Positions 26,760 through 39,444 of a stretch of DNA of 64,000 nucleotides are shown one piece after another (within the stretch, counting starts at the first letter, position 1; each line of letters starts with the position of its first letter). The translations under genes and the position numbers were made by a program. The notes beneath the pieces are model-generated. The model ran no database searches. It was not told where the DNA came from and was given only the letters and a program-made list of their open reading frames with translations. Source of the DNA: Lama glama (Eukaryota); NCBI GenBank assembly GCA_028534125.1, contig CM052817.1, forward strand, positions 100,256,001 through 100,320,000, given 5' to 3'.

Positions 26760-27128
26760 TGGAGTAATGGCTGGCACATGTGGGGCCTGGCTAGAAACTA
26801 CAATTCCCAGACTCCCTTGAAGCCAAATATAGCCAAGTTTGCTCCAATGGAATCTGAGTCCAAGTAGTAGGTAGCCACCCACAAGGCCACCTTCCTCCAG
26901 GCTCCCTTTCCTTCCTGCAGGATGGACGTGGCAAAGACTGAGGCCACCCTGGAGGCCATGCACTGACGGTGGCTGACGTGTCCGCCCTGCTGGCCCAGGT
27001 CCGTGGATGATGGTGGAGCAGAGCTCTGGAATGTTACGTGACAGAGAACTAACCTTCTGTCTTAAAGTCTGAGACACTTCATTTTGGAGTCTTTGTTATG
27101 GCTACTGAGTCTTGTGCTTTAACTAATA
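26760..27128 (+). mobile_element. MaLR LTR (old MLT1)
   Basis: AAACTACAATTCCCAGACTCCCTTG...CCAATGGAAT...TGGAGCAGAG...TTTTGGAGTCTTTGTTA...AACTAATA. Confidence 0.65.
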
Positions 27129-28644
27129 GCAGGGGTGGAAAGGGACACGTCATTGCCCCCCTCGGCCCCAAAAGCAGTCTGTAGGGTCACTTTCATCAGA
27201 AGCAGGAGAAGTGGACACAGAACAAAGACAACAAGTGCCCATCACAATTGTTGCTATTATTGGCTCCACAGCATTATTATGCGCACCAGCTACATTCCAT
27301 CCAAGTAATCACAGCTCCCGCTTCCAGACTACACTGTCTGGTTTGAAATTCCTAGCCAGCAAGTGCCTCTTTCTTTGCCCCTCAAACCCATGACTTGCCC
27401 CAAGGGACCAGCTCTCCTCCACTTACTGCAATGCCAGTCGGAGCCTTCCTCCTTTAAGGAGCTGATGGATGAAGTCACAGCCCGCTGTGAAAATGAAAAG
27501 AACCGGGGTTCTGTGCCTGCCATCCTAGCTCTGCAGTCACCACCACCTGAGAGACAGACTGATCTCTCACGCTGATGCGCCCAGACCCAACCTCAACGAG
27601 CACGTTTTGCACTAACAGCCCCTAACGAGAGACCATCACCAGCGAAGTAAACAGCTCATTAGCCTGGGGAGGGAATGGTCAGCAGAGTCTGGGCTCCTAA
27701 TTTGTTTTTTTATTTGTGATTTACTTTCAATCAATCCACAAGGGCTTATTGATTGCTTACTATGTGCTCATCGCTGCTTTCATTTTGAGTAGAACAATGT
27801 ATCGTTTTCAAGATGAGTATTGATGTTAGAGTTTAATAAAGAAAAGTTACTGGACTTTTTTTTCCGAGTTAAACTACATACACGAACATTCGTGTATTTT
27901 AACTCTTGCTGCGTTGTTAAGAGTCACTTTTCAACGTCATGCTGGATGTCAAAAGGCAAATGGGGCTTATTTAAAATAATTCCATCCTAGAGGAAACTTT
28001 TTCTGAAATGCACTTATTCCCTTGGTGAGGCCTTTATTCTTCTTTCTTCAAGTTGCTCATCACCCATTCCTGGTCAATCTGTGCCCACACGCCAGCATCA
28101 CATAGATTTGCGGCTTTTCCTTGTTAACTGTGCGGATTGTCTCTTTCAGCTTAGAGTTCTCTTCCAAAGAGAGAGGTGGACACACTGACGTCTCTGTTCA
28201 TTTCCACCTCAGTCTGCACATTTTGGGATATGGTCCTTCGTGCTTTGCCCACATGCCTGGTTCTGATTAGCCCAGCTCTGATCATCAGTGTCTAACCACA
28301 GAACCTTCCAGACTGCTCACCCAAGTCTAACCCTTAGACTCTTCCCTAGCCATCGGCTGGCTGTCCCCCACGGACACTAGCTTTCTCCCTCCCCCAAAGG
28401 AAAAGAGAAGTCACTCCAGTGCGCCAGCATTTCAGGGGAGAAGTGCAACTCAGATTGGAGGTGGGGGGCTGGTCCTTCAGTGCAGAAAAATCTTTGAAGG
28501 AGCTTTCCTTACATAGAGGTGAGTGGAGCCTCATCTAGGGAGGAGGTCTAGATAAAAAGGAATTGTGAGTTTTTTGTGTGTAAGGAAGGAATCGGAATAA
28601 GGAGGGATGGGAGGCTGGAGCTAGAAGAGTCAGGATAGGAAGCC

Positions 28645-28812
28645 TAGATCAGAATTTTCTGCAGTGATGGAGCTGTTTTGTTTCTCTGCTGTCCAATAAA
28701 GTGGCCACTGGCCACAAGTGGCTGTTAAACACTTTGAATTGTATTTAATTTTAATTTGTTCAAATTTAAATAGTCACACATGTGGCTGGTGACCACCCTA
28801 CTGGACGGCATA
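28645..28812. mobile_element. MER3-like hAT MITE
   Basis: TTCTGCAGTGATGGA...GCTGTCCAATA...GCCACTGGCCACAAGTGGCT...AAATAGTCACA-ATGTGGCT...CTGGAC. Confidence 0.8.
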
Positions 28813-29079
28813 GGTCTAGATGGAGAAGCCTCAGCAAATTCAAGTTGAAGTCAGAAAGAACAGTTGGGGCTATTCCCTGTGTTGAAGATGGCTGAGGCCT
28901 TTTATTATCTGTCCTGTGTCCTGACAGTCTGGTCTGCAAGGTTAAGAGTAGTGGGAAGGTGGTGGATTATGGGACAATGGAAGAGAAAGACAAAAGGTTG
29001 GTACAGCAGATGGGAAGGTGAGTGGGGAGACTCAGAATGACATGTCTGCCCCCATCTGGCACCTGGTTTTGCCTCATTC

Positions 29080-29510
29080 TGGGACAGGAGAGAGGGGGCA
29101 GGGCACTGAAGGAATGACACAGCAACTGAGGACAAACTGGTTAGAACCAAGACGGTGGAGAGTCGACCTCCAGTAGACCTTGAGACTCATGGCATAGCCA
29201 CTAGCACCATCACAGTTCCTAGGTTGACCGTAAAGGGTCAAAAAGTGCGCAGGGACCCAATTCCTGGAAATCCCAGCTCCTTCCCCAAAGGAGTTGAAAT
29301 AATCCTCCCACTCATTAGCATAAGAATTTACCAAGCCCATGAAAACTGACAATCCCACACCCTGCGGTCACTCTCTCTCTTGCCTTCTGAGATGGCCAGC
29401 ACTCTGTCTATGGAGTGTGTATCTCCCTGAATACATCTACTGTCCCTTTACTGTGCCTCACTTTTGAATTCTTTCCTAGACCAGACAAGAACCGATTCTC
29501 TGGCAGCATA
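29080..29510 (+). mobile_element. ERV1 LTR, MER41-like
   Basis: TG start; ACCAAGACGG, GCACCATCACAGTT, TTCCTGGAA, AATAATCC, TTAGCATA, CTCTGTCTATGGAGT, TGAATTCTTTCCT...CAAGAACC in MER41 order. Homologous to 43125-43533. 3' end approximate. Confidence 0.8.
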
Positions 29511-29850
29511 TTCTCCAGATGCCTGGTGCTTGTCAGGAAACTGTGACCCACCATGGCCCCTGGCTGGTCTGGGACCTCGTTGGGCTGCGAAGGGAGCCGG
29601 CTCTCTCAGCAGCCCACCGTGGTGACTCAAGGAACAGTGACCGGACAGGGAGACGAGAGGTGGAGTTTGAGCTGCTTTGCGCCCAGAGCCCGGGACCAGT
29701 GCTCCCAGCTAGCCCCGAGACAGCTTGAGAGACAGCAGAAGAGTGCAAAGTTGCAGAGGAAGGCTAGCTTCACCCTGCCTCTCCTTTAGCACACATCCTA
29801 AGTGGCCACCAGAGGTGAGACTCTGGGGGTTCCCCTTCCACCCTTGCCAG

Positions 29851-30514
29851 TGGAGGGGGACAATTTGTCACCCCAGCGGTCTCTTTGGCATGCAGATTAT
29901 TTTGAGCTGAAAACGATCAAGTCCCAAAAGACTGGAAGAAACTTTGACCTTCCCCCTAACTGCCTAAAGAATGTAGACAGAGAAGCTGTTCTGGAAATGG
30001 CACCGTCACCGTGGATACTCTAGGTGTGTAGATGGGAGGAACCTAGCAAATCTGCTAAAATTCCTCTCTGTGCCCCACGGTCTCAGACTGGCCCAGCCAA
30101 CACTTGTTTACCAAACATTTGTTTTCCCGTCTCCACGTCAATTGCCTTCCTCCCCTCTGAAGTCCCAAACCACTATCTCAGCACCCTCTTTTGACTTCAG
30201 CTGAAGATGATATTTAAGATGGGAGTTTTGGGGGTGGGGGTCGGGGTACAGCTCAGTGGTAGAGCACGTGCTTGGCATGCACGAGATCCGGGATTCCAGG
30301 ATTCAATCCCCAGTGCCTCTGTTAAGGGGGAGGGGGACATTTGAGGGTTTTGGCCATTTTGGCGAGTTACTCACTTTTCCTGGATCTCTCCCATGTATAT
30401 ACGTGTCATTAAACTTTTGTGTGATTTTCTCCTGTTAATGTCTCATGTGAATTTAATTCTTAGGCCTGCCAGAAGAACCTAGAAGGGTAGAGGAAAATTT
30501 CTTCCTCCCCGACA
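29851..30514 (+). mobile_element. ERV1 solo LTR, MER34-like, with a nested SINE
   Basis: GTCACCCC...CTCTTTGGCAT...GATTATTTTGAGCTGAA start; ATTAAA signal; CTTCCTCCCCGACA end. Confidence 0.8.
30236..30325 (+). mobile_element. Atypical tRNA-Ala-derived SINE lacking the usual tail
   Basis: GGGGTACAGCTCAGTGGTAGAGCACGTGCTTGGCATGCACGAG...TTCAATCCCCAGTGCCTC. Confidence 0.85.
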
Positions 30515-31148
30515 CCCATCATTCTGAGAGGAAGCAACACGGCTCCTCCCACATCCTGGAAAATTCTGAGACACCCCAATGCATAAAATGGAGAGAGGTC
30601 CCAGCACACAAGCTGCGACCAAAAGGTGTGCGGCCCTCCACGGCCAGCCTCCCGCCCAGCTAGTGCTACGGAGCAGCTGCGCTTTTCTTGTCTGCAAATT
30701 TCAGTTGTGTGAGAGCAGTGTGCCACCTGGAAACACCGTGTCTGCCGATAATGGAAATTGTTGGAGATCCTGAGGGACTGGTGAATGGGAGGGAGTGAAG
30801 AGCTGACCTGGGGAGTTCATCTCTTGGCCTTGAGCTTTTGGCTACAGGCACATGGCTCTTAGCAGTGCCAAAGAGGGGTGGGAGGAGGGTTGGTGTGGAT
30901 GGGGGGGCAGAGGGTGTTTGAGGGAGGACAGTGACATTGAGGCCAGAACATAAAGGGAGAGGAAGAAACTGAAAGTCCTTCCCAATCAAGTGTCAGTGTG
31001 CCGCCTCTCCCATCCGAGCAGTCTCCCCACCTCTGGCCAAATGCCACCACATCCTGAACACTTCTGATGTCCAATGAGATGGACCTGGGTGGGCAGCATT
31101 ATGCTCAACTGTACAGATGAAGAAATTGGAACTTATAAGGTCTAAGTG

Positions 31149-31303
31149 AAGGGGAGGGTACAGCTCAGTGGGAGAGCATATGCTTAGCATGCAGAAGGTC
31201 CTGGGTTCAACCCTCAGTACCTCCATTAAAAAAAATAAAAATTAAAATAAAGAAAGAAACCTAATTACCTCCTCCCCAAAATAAAAAAAAATTAAATTTT
31301 AAA
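31149..31303 (+). mobile_element. tRNA-Ala-derived SINE (Vic-1-like) inserted into a MIR
   Basis: Full body plus ACCTAATTACCTCC tail. TSD AAGGTCTAAGTG (31137-31148) / AAGCTCTAAGTG (31304-31315). Confidence 0.92.
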
Positions 31304-31997
31304 AAGCTCTAAGTGCCTTCATCTGTGCAGCTCTGGCAGCATCAGCAGAACCAGGGACCAAGCCCAGGTCTTCTGAAGTCACGCTTGCTGCTCTTTATTA
31401 CCTGCACTGCCTCTTCTGTGGGTGGGCTGCTCCCAGACCATCAGCCCACCCTTTTGGCCTCTACCTGGCTTTGCCTTTCAGTGTGTCCATAAGCCTGCTC
31501 ACTTCGGCTCCAGCATCCACTTGTGCTTCTATTTCTGCTTACAGGGCAGGCTTCAGAGGGCTTGCTGGTGATTGCTGGTTTCCCAGGCTGCCAACCCCTC
31601 AACAATCCATCTGCCTGCTTTCTGACCCCAGTTTCAGCCTACTCCAGGTCTAACAGCCTCTGAGTTTTGCTCTGTCTCTGTTCTTCATTGGTCAAGTTTG
31701 CTAAAAGATGGCCCATGAAGCTGGGCTGTGTTTGGTGGGAGCCTGCCTGGACAGCAGGTCATTAGCCAATGACCACTCCACTGAGATGCTGGACCAGATG
31801 GGAGAGGAAAAGTCAGAGCCAGGGAACGGAGCCAAAGTGCATCAGGTGCTGGCCCTGGGGGGAGAGGCACCAGATCCTGTGCAAAGATCAGGAGTGTGGA
31901 AGCCAAGAGGAGATGCCAGCAAAGGCAGATAAAATTGAGGGCAGTTCTGGAGCACTGGGCATCCATCCACGGGGTATTTCTTGAAAACATGTCCAAG

Positions 31998-32493
31998 TAT
32001 GTTTTACTCCTATTTCAACCATATTACCTTGGGTGAGATATGGTGAGACCAGGTGCAGATCAAGAGGGAGATGCTGGGAAGAGTTGTATAGATTGTTACA
32101 CTCAAAGTTCCCTGGGAAGAACACAGTGCACCAGGCCGGACCACTCTGGGAAGCAGCAGCTTCGGTCACAAGGCAGAGAGAGAAAGTGGAACTGTGGGCA
32201 AGAGCCTTTACTGTGACTTCCGTGGGAAGGAACATGTGAGTCAGGGAAGGCAGACTTAGGATCGGCTCGTTCGGGTAATTTCACCAGGCTCTGGTGCTTA
32301 GGGGCTGTCGTTGGTTGTCTGGTACCTGGCCCTGGGGTGATAAGGGCAGGTGAACAGTGGCCTGGAGTGTGACAGCTCCATCAAGGTGATTGGAGGTGTG
32401 AAATTCATTGTCCACACAAGAAGGGAAACAGACCAGTCTGTAGCCAGGGCCTCAGAACTGGGTCAAGGCAGCATCTATACAAACCATATCACA
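31998..32493 (-). mobile_element. ERVL LTR (MER74-like)
   Basis: Reverse strand TGTGATATGG...CCTTGACCCAGTTCTGAGGCCCTGGCTA...ATCACCCCAGGGCCAGGTACCAGACAAC...GGCTCTTGCCCAC. Confidence 0.78.
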
Positions 32494-32519
32494 ACTGGGC
32501 TGGGAAGTGTTCCTAAGGA

Positions 32520-33525
32520 GAGTTTTGTTTATTTGTTTATAATTACAAAGTAGTAAATGGAGACTGAAAAAATTCAACAATACACTGAAAACTGATTTTA
32601 AAAGTGACTCCCCAACATCACAGGGAGACAAATTTAATAGATAAATTATGTAGATAATTTAATAGATAAATATGTATTTTTCCAGAACTCTGGCTATGCC
32701 CATCGGACATGTGTGTCCATGAACACATGCACATTATTCATGCATATGCACACTGTTTTGTGGTTTATAATAAAGATAAAAATAGAATCTTATATTGGTA
32801 TGCATTTTTTTTTTAAGTGCAATAACATAACATGGACCTGCTTCCATGTCAGTACATGCAGAGGGACAATGTTCTTTTTCATGGCTGCATGGTATTCTAC
32901 AGCATGGATCAACCATAATGTATTATGAATTATTCTATGAATTAATATTTATGTCACTATCAGATTTTTCCGATTACACTGACTCAGCAAACTTTGTACA
33001 CATTTGCATGACTTTTGTGGGGAATACATTCTTATAAGTGAAATTTCTGGATCAAAAATCATATGCATTTTAAATTTAATTGGGTAGAATTCAATTCTGT
33101 AGAATTTCTCCCTGAAAATATTACACCAGTTTATATTCCTGTAAAAGTTTATGACTAGTCATTAGACATTATTGATCTTCATTTTTCTAATCTATTTGGT
33201 GGGAAATGTATCTCTGTTTTCATTTGTAGGTATCTAATCTCTAGGGAGGTTTGTGGGTCTTCCTATTTATTCCTGTTTCAATATCCTCCTCTATAAATAA
33301 ACTCTTCAGGTCATTTCCCAAGTTTTAAACTTTTTTTGTATGTTAAGAATATCCACTTTTTACTATGTAGATTATAAATAGTTTTATGAGTCTATCATTT
33401 GCTTTTAATTTTGTTGACAGTGTTTTTTCTGTATAAAAACATTTCTGTTTTACATAATAAAATCTGTCCATATTTTCTTTTATAATTTCTGTGTTTCCTG
33501 TTTTATTTAGGATGGCTTTCTCACT
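32520..33525 (-). mobile_element. Ancient L1 (L1M-type) remnant
   Basis: AT-rich; TTTTCATGGCTGCATGGTATTCT, GTGAAATTTCTGGATCAAA, TACACCAGTTTATATTCC blocks of reverse L1. Confidence 0.7.
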
Positions 33526-34848
33526 AGGGGTAGACTTTTAAGGGGACAAGGTAGGGCTGGGCAGTATTCCCAGCACTGATATTATCCCGAAGTGGATCTA
33601 TTTCTGATTTCCCAGAAGACTCTTGGTGGCTAGGGGCTGGGTAGGGATGCCAAATGCACAAGGCATTGATTCAGTGGTTCTGAAACCTCCAAGTGCCATA
33701 TTCCTCTTTGAGATTCTGATAAAAGCTATGCACCCCACCCATGATTTTGACTATGATTTCAGAGATTTTACAGACTATCTTAATTCTACCTACCAGTGAC
33801 TTGTTTATTCTTCCTCATTTGAAGGGTCTACTGCATTGATAAATACCTGATCTAGGAAAACGTTTCAAATGATTTCTGCCATGGAATGTGTCGAATTGAT
33901 TGTCTGCCCCTCTAAAATTTGACCTCTAAAATTTGAACTGGGAAGCTCTTTATGCAACCCCCTGTCCACCCTGGATATTCACAACATCCTCATGGCCCAA
34001 AAGTGTGATTCCAGCTCAAGACCAGTGTCCCAGCTTCTTCCCAGAGCAGCCTCCTCCACTCCACTCACCTTGGCTCATTCTGACTTCACACCTGAGTTTT
34101 CTTTCACCCATGGAGGTGACAGCAGGGGCTTCTGCACACCACACACTTTGATAGCCGTGGTGAGGGCGGGGGATTGCAGGGGGAGGAATGCCAAAGGCTA
34201 CAAGAGAGTCCTCAAGGAGATTAGAATCCACCTATCTTCCAAAAGCCCACCATGAAGGACAATCAATTTAGCAGCAGGGTCTTATGAGGGCTTTGCAGGG
34301 GAGAAGCAGGGAAGTTGGAGGTTCAAGGCCTCTTCTGGGAAAACAAATAACTTGTCATTGAGGGGCAAGTTTCAAGGACCTCTCTGGAGCGTTGGGCTTC
34401 CCCGAGTGCTAGGGAGAAGCGGACATCCATTATGGGGATCTCAAATCCTTGCACGTCCAGGAGCTTCAAAATAGATGCAAACATCCTTGGCAGTTCTCTC
34501 TCTCTGGTAGAAAACTTCCTGAGCAAATCTAATCAATACTTTAACAGGCACATGAAGAGACTGCTCTCAGCTTTAGAAATGTCAGCTTTAAGTGGTTCTG
34601 ATTGCTTTCCACGGAGCTTTGGGAGCAAAAGGGTCTGCTCTCGGAGCATGAAGACCAGCACCCTCCGCACTTTAAGTCAGAGATCTGATCTAGACCCCAC
34701 CTCCAGCGGGAATTCAAATCCCATCAGAAGTTGGCCCCACTCTCTACTGATCTGGTCCCTCCCCCCGACCCCTGGCTTCCCTTTGGGTCTCCATATGCAA
34801 CAAATAAAATGTTTATTTGCCTGCTTTTGCTTCCAGACATAGCTACTC

Positions 34849-35053
34849 TTTTTTTTTTTTAATTGAAGTACAGTCAGTTTACAATGTTGTGTTAATTTCT
34901 GGTGTACAGCACAGTGATTCAGTCATACACATACATATTCCTTTTCATATTCTTTTTCATTATAGGCTATTACAAGGTGTTGAATATAGTTCCCTGTGCT
35001 ACACAGTAGGACCTTGTTCATCTGCTTTACATATAGTAGTTAGTACCTGCACA
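34849..35053 (-). mobile_element. 5'-truncated L1 3' end
   Basis: Poly-T, then AATTGAAGTACAGTC...TTTCTGGTGTACAGC...GTAGGACCTTG; same family as 6293-6480. Confidence 0.92.
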
Positions 35054-35711
35054 AACACAACTCCTTGATCATAATCCTCCCAGAGGAATAATTAGCCAAG
35101 ATTCAGCTCTTAGAGAAATGTGGAGACTTAATTACCCAACCCAAAGGAACATAGGTCAATCCAGCTTTAGCCATAGGCTTTCTGTCTCCCAATTGGCTGT
35201 ATTTGTTTCATCTTCCTTTTCTCATAAAGCATTTCAAGTGAAGAGGAGGAAGATTACTACCCATGAAGGAGGTCTGGGATGAAGTGGAGAAGGGCTGCTT
35301 GGGTTTCAGTCTGTTGGTGAGAGGGTGTATTTCTAATCCGGATTACCATCCAGGTGATGCAAGTTGTTGGAGAAAACCTAGAGAGCCTAATTCCTGCCCC
35401 CCAGGAACTTTCAGTTTAAGCCTCTATGAACACAGACACATGGGCAAAGCTGGCTAAGTGACGTTCAGTGCACTTTCCGACAAAGCACTTGCTCGTGCCC
35501 CACAAGGGCTAACATGAGGCAGATCTTCTACAGGTCAGCCCAGCTGGGGACGTCGACTGGAAGCACCACTGCTTTCCTGGTTTCCTGGGCACTAAATCTT
35601 GACTATAATAGTCTGAATGTAGCCCGTAATTTGAATCTACATATGCATAATCAGTGCCTGTGGTGTGTTTTTTTTTAATCTTGAAATATTACCCAAAGGG
35701 AAAAAGACAGT

Positions 35712-35845
35712 GGGAAGGGCATAGCTCAGTGGTAGAGTGTATGCTTAGTATGCTCAATGTCCTGGGTTCAATCCCCAGTACCTCCATTAGAATAAATAAG
35801 TAAATAAATAAACCTAATTACCCCCCAAAACAAAAACAAACAAAC
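35712..35845 (+). mobile_element. tRNA-Ala-derived SINE (Vic-1-like)
   Basis: Body plus ACCTAATTACCCCCC tail. TSD GAAAAAGACA at 35700-35709 and 35846-35855. Confidence 0.93.
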
Positions 35846-36889
35846 GAAAAAGACAATCACTTGAACCCACATTCTAGACTAAGAACATTCTAGAAATATA
35901 AGCTTTATTGCAATGTTTATTCATAGTCAGCTCTGTATACCATATCTCAGAGATTTGATATCAATTTCCAGTTTCTCCTCCTCAGGGAACACATTCGAAC
36001 CTGCAGTCAGTAGGTCAAAGAGAATCTCGTCTGTTTTGGTCTGAACTTGAGTCCTCTTCGAGGAGATTTTGCCAGTTCCTGTTTCATACATCCTATGATG
36101 CTATTATCTCATAGAGATCTAAGATGGAATATCTATAAAATCAGAATTAATTTTCAGCTTCCTTTCCTCTTGGGGCAGAAATATGAATGCCTGGTGATTC
36201 CTTTGTAATCCAAACATACACAATTGCATAAGACTACTGTACTCTAAGGAGAGTTCCTCCTTAACATTTTATACCTTATTGTGTAGGCCAAGGGGCAAAC
36301 CTGGCCAGAGTGGGCAGTATTCTTAGTAGCACCCTTCCTGAGCCCACCCTGGACCTGTAGAGTTAGAATCTTCAGGGGAAGCCCCGAGAGTCCTTTTGTC
36401 TCGCTAACTTCTTTGGCGATCTGCTTGGCACAGGTGTAAAAGCTGGGGTCGTTTGCAATAGCAAAGAGCAAGCGCGCCGAGGTTGTTGCATAGCCGTGCA
36501 TCGTAAGAGAAACAGAGAAAGCCTGCTTTTCTTGAAATTGGAGAACAATTCAGGGAAGAGTGGGCATTTCAGACCCGCCTGAGTGAAGATCGCTTCTGGA
36601 GGAGTGGGGCATTCTAGGCAGAAATGGAGCCAGGGAGGGCTTTAGATGTGGGCCCTGAAGAAAGGGGAATTCAGTCTTTTTCTGGGAGACGCATAATGAG
36701 GCCAGACTGAATCTTCGATCCTTCACTCAGCCTTTGATGAGGAAGTGCTTTCACCCCCAAAGCCATGAAACTGGGCAGAAGGCTGTGTTGACAGTGACGA
36801 AATTCCCAGGCCAACCCGGGGCCAGCCCTACGCCTCCCCCACCTCCCAGGGCAGCCCAGCACCTCCTGGCTGAGCAGCCCACCCAACCC

Positions 36890-37044
36890 ATGCTGCACAG
36901 CAGATCCCCTGGGGGCTTTGACAAATACCAGTTCCTGACCGCTTCCCCACAGTCTGATACAATTGGTCTGGAGTGGGACTCCAGCATAAGTATGTTTCAG
37001 AGTCCCAGGTTATTCTGACATGCACCCAGAGCCCAGAAACACTG
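36890..37044. mobile_element. MER5-like hAT MITE
   Basis: TCTGATACAATTGGTCTGGAGTGGG...CCCAGGTTATTCTGA-ATGCA...AGAAACACTG. Confidence 0.7.
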
Positions 37045-37689
37045 AGCTGGCCAGCTGGAAGACAACAGTTGGGAAATTCTGTTTGACCCCATGCCTCAGT
37101 TTCCTCATCTGTCCTGAAGGATGTTGCCAAGGGGCTGCGGGTCTTCAGAGCTGCTCTGTCTCCACTGCCCCTTCCCTCTTCACAGGCATCTGGTTCCCTC
37201 CGCCACTCTCTGCTGCTCCCCAGGGTGTCTCCCTCCCATCGTTTCCCCTTAGTACCTTATCTGTTCTGCTGTGGTTCCTCTGGGCCCCTGATCTCTGCTA
37301 AGTGACAAAGAGTGCTAATTGCTTAATCTGATGTACTAGTTGCTGTTAACACTACTTGGCTAAAGTGCTCTCCCAGCTGGTGAGAATTCATTCCCCAAGG
37401 AGAGGAGTGGTCCCTACAAAGGGAATTGGGCCAGCAGCAAACAACGGGACTTCTAGAATCAGCACATCTGCGGAGAGAGGAGGGAACAAGCTGTGTGAAA
37501 CTGAGCCATGACTGGGACGCTGTCTGGTGCAGGGGATTGCAACATTTATCTTCTAGAACCACCGCCGGGGCGCATCAAAGGGTGTGGCATATTCTAGGTG
37601 TTCTATAAATATTAGCTTCCTTTCCTTCCTGTCAAAGGCCAGATCCAATTACATCTTTTCTGAGCCATATCCCACTTTTAACACAGAGA

Positions 37690-38050
37690 GATGAAATCTG
37701 CAGCTAAGCCATGTCTCTTTCATCCTGCACTCATGCAGTTTGTTTTTCAGATCTGAATACTGAATTTTACATTTTCTCCTGTTACATTTTCCCTTGTTAT
37801 TTCCTGCCCAGTACCTTAGCCTTTCCAGGGCTTCAGGATCCTGATTCTATTATCTGATAGAGTAGCTAAACTTTCTGGTCTATGCCATCAGCAGAGATGG
37901 ACAGAGGGCTCTCAAAGTCTTCACCTGCATCATGGATAACACTATTGAACAGAGTGGGGCAAAAGATAAAGCTCTTTTACATCCCAAGCTCCTGGCTTGA
38001 TGCTGAGATTAGTTTCAAACCAACCAAACTGTATCTTCATTCAGTTTACA
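37690..38050 (-). mobile_element. L3/CR1 fragment
   Basis: TTTACATTTTCTCCTGTTA...GATCCTGATTCTATTATC...CATCAGCA...TATTGAACAG. Confidence 0.55.
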
Positions 38051-38076
38051 TGTCCACAGTTCTCCATTGTTACATT

Positions 38077-38490
38077 TGTGGCAGAAACTGGTTTCCTGCC
38101 CCAATATGCATTCTTCTCTTCCTCCTTAGCAACAGAACCCTATAGGTTGCTGCACTGATCTCAGCCTCTCTTACAGCTAGATAGGGCTTCAGGCCTCTGT
38201 TCTGTTCAATGTGTTTAAGTAGAAAGGTTTTGTGGGACTTCAGGTAAATCGCCTTAAAAGTAACTGACTCAGTTGGGAAGAACTAGCCCTCCTTCCTGGT
38301 CCCTGAATGTGGATGTAATGGCTGAATCTCCAGCAGCCATCTTGAGTCATTAGGTGACCCTGAGGATAAGAGATAGAAGGAGCCTGGTTTTTGCTGCACA
38401 TGGACCACCATAGCAGCCCATGACTGCCTAAAGATTTCCTAACAGGGGAGAGAAATAAACTTCCATTTTGTTTAACTTTTGAACCTAATC
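38077..38490 (+). mobile_element. MaLR LTR (MLT1J/K-like)
   Basis: TGTGGCAGA...CTTCCTCCTTAGCAACAGAACCC...GGATGTAATGGCTG...CAGCAGCCATCTTG...GAGAGAAATAAACTTCC. Confidence 0.78.
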
Positions 38491-39159
38491 TTAATGAATG
38501 CACCCTGTTAATATCCAAATATTCTATGACTTTCTAAGAAATTAAGAAATGAAGGAAGGAAAGAGGGGAAGAGGAAAGGAAGGAAGAGAGTCTAAGTTTT
38601 CTGATGGGAATCTAGGATTTCTTTTATATCTGGGAAATTTCTATACATCCACATCTTTTCCAATCTTTGGAAAATATCTTGAGAGTTCATTCCAAAAAGG
38701 AGAAAAACAAAAAGGGAAATTTGTCAGCATGCATTTGAGTAGATCTCCTAATGTTAAGAGCTAGAAAAGCCTTTCTTTAGAGACCTGGGCCATTTCTAAC
38801 AGTGTCTTTTGAAATCACTAATTATGCTCCAAAAGAGAAGGCATCACTGGAGCCAGAACCAGCAGCCAATTACCCACAAGAAATCGCTCACTGTGTGGGC
38901 TGCCTTCTCTCTCTGTTCACATAATTTCAAAATGTAATTTCTAGAATCACACTAAATACTTGTAAACAGAGATTGGTTTAATTGCAAGGAGGAACAATTT
39001 CAGGAGATAAAAATGAGAGTTGTTTCTCATTTTGTCGATAACAGAGCAGTCCTCTTTGGGTCAGACTTGCAGCTCCCATCTGTCTTCCCACCCGGGTCAG
39101 CTCCCTCTGTAACTCCCACGAGAGGTGCTGACTTCAGCAGAAGGTGGGGGTTGCTTTGC

Positions 39160-39350
39160 AACAGTGGAAGGAGCGTAGCCCTTGGAGTCAGAGATCCGAG
39201 TTCAGATCGCAGCTCTGGCACTTACTAGGTTGTTCTCATTAGCAAGCAAGTTAGCCCTTTCGAGTCACAGTTTCCTCATCCACAGAATGGGATTGCCACC
39301 TGAGCTTTGGAGGATCAAGTGTGTAAGGATACACGTGTGTAAAGTGCTCT
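39160..39350 (+). mobile_element. MIR
   Basis: TTGGAGTCAGA...GAGTTCAGATC-CAGCTCTG-CACTTACTAG...GCAAGTTA...CAGTTTCCTCATC. Confidence 0.82.
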
Positions 39351-39444
39351 ATTGGAACATCGGCTCCATGAGAGTTGTGGCTCAGCTGTATTCCCTGCTG
39401 CTCTCTCCAGGGTTCTGAATAGTTCCTGGAAGATCGTAGGCGTG

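Noticed and set aside
33909..33936. 14-bp tandem duplication CCTCTAAAATTTGA x2
   Set aside because: Ordinary slippage with no evident functional context.
34323..34842. Overlapping 67-aa and 136-aa ORFs with a protein-like look
   Set aside because: No recognisable homology and no convincing acceptor-donor pair.
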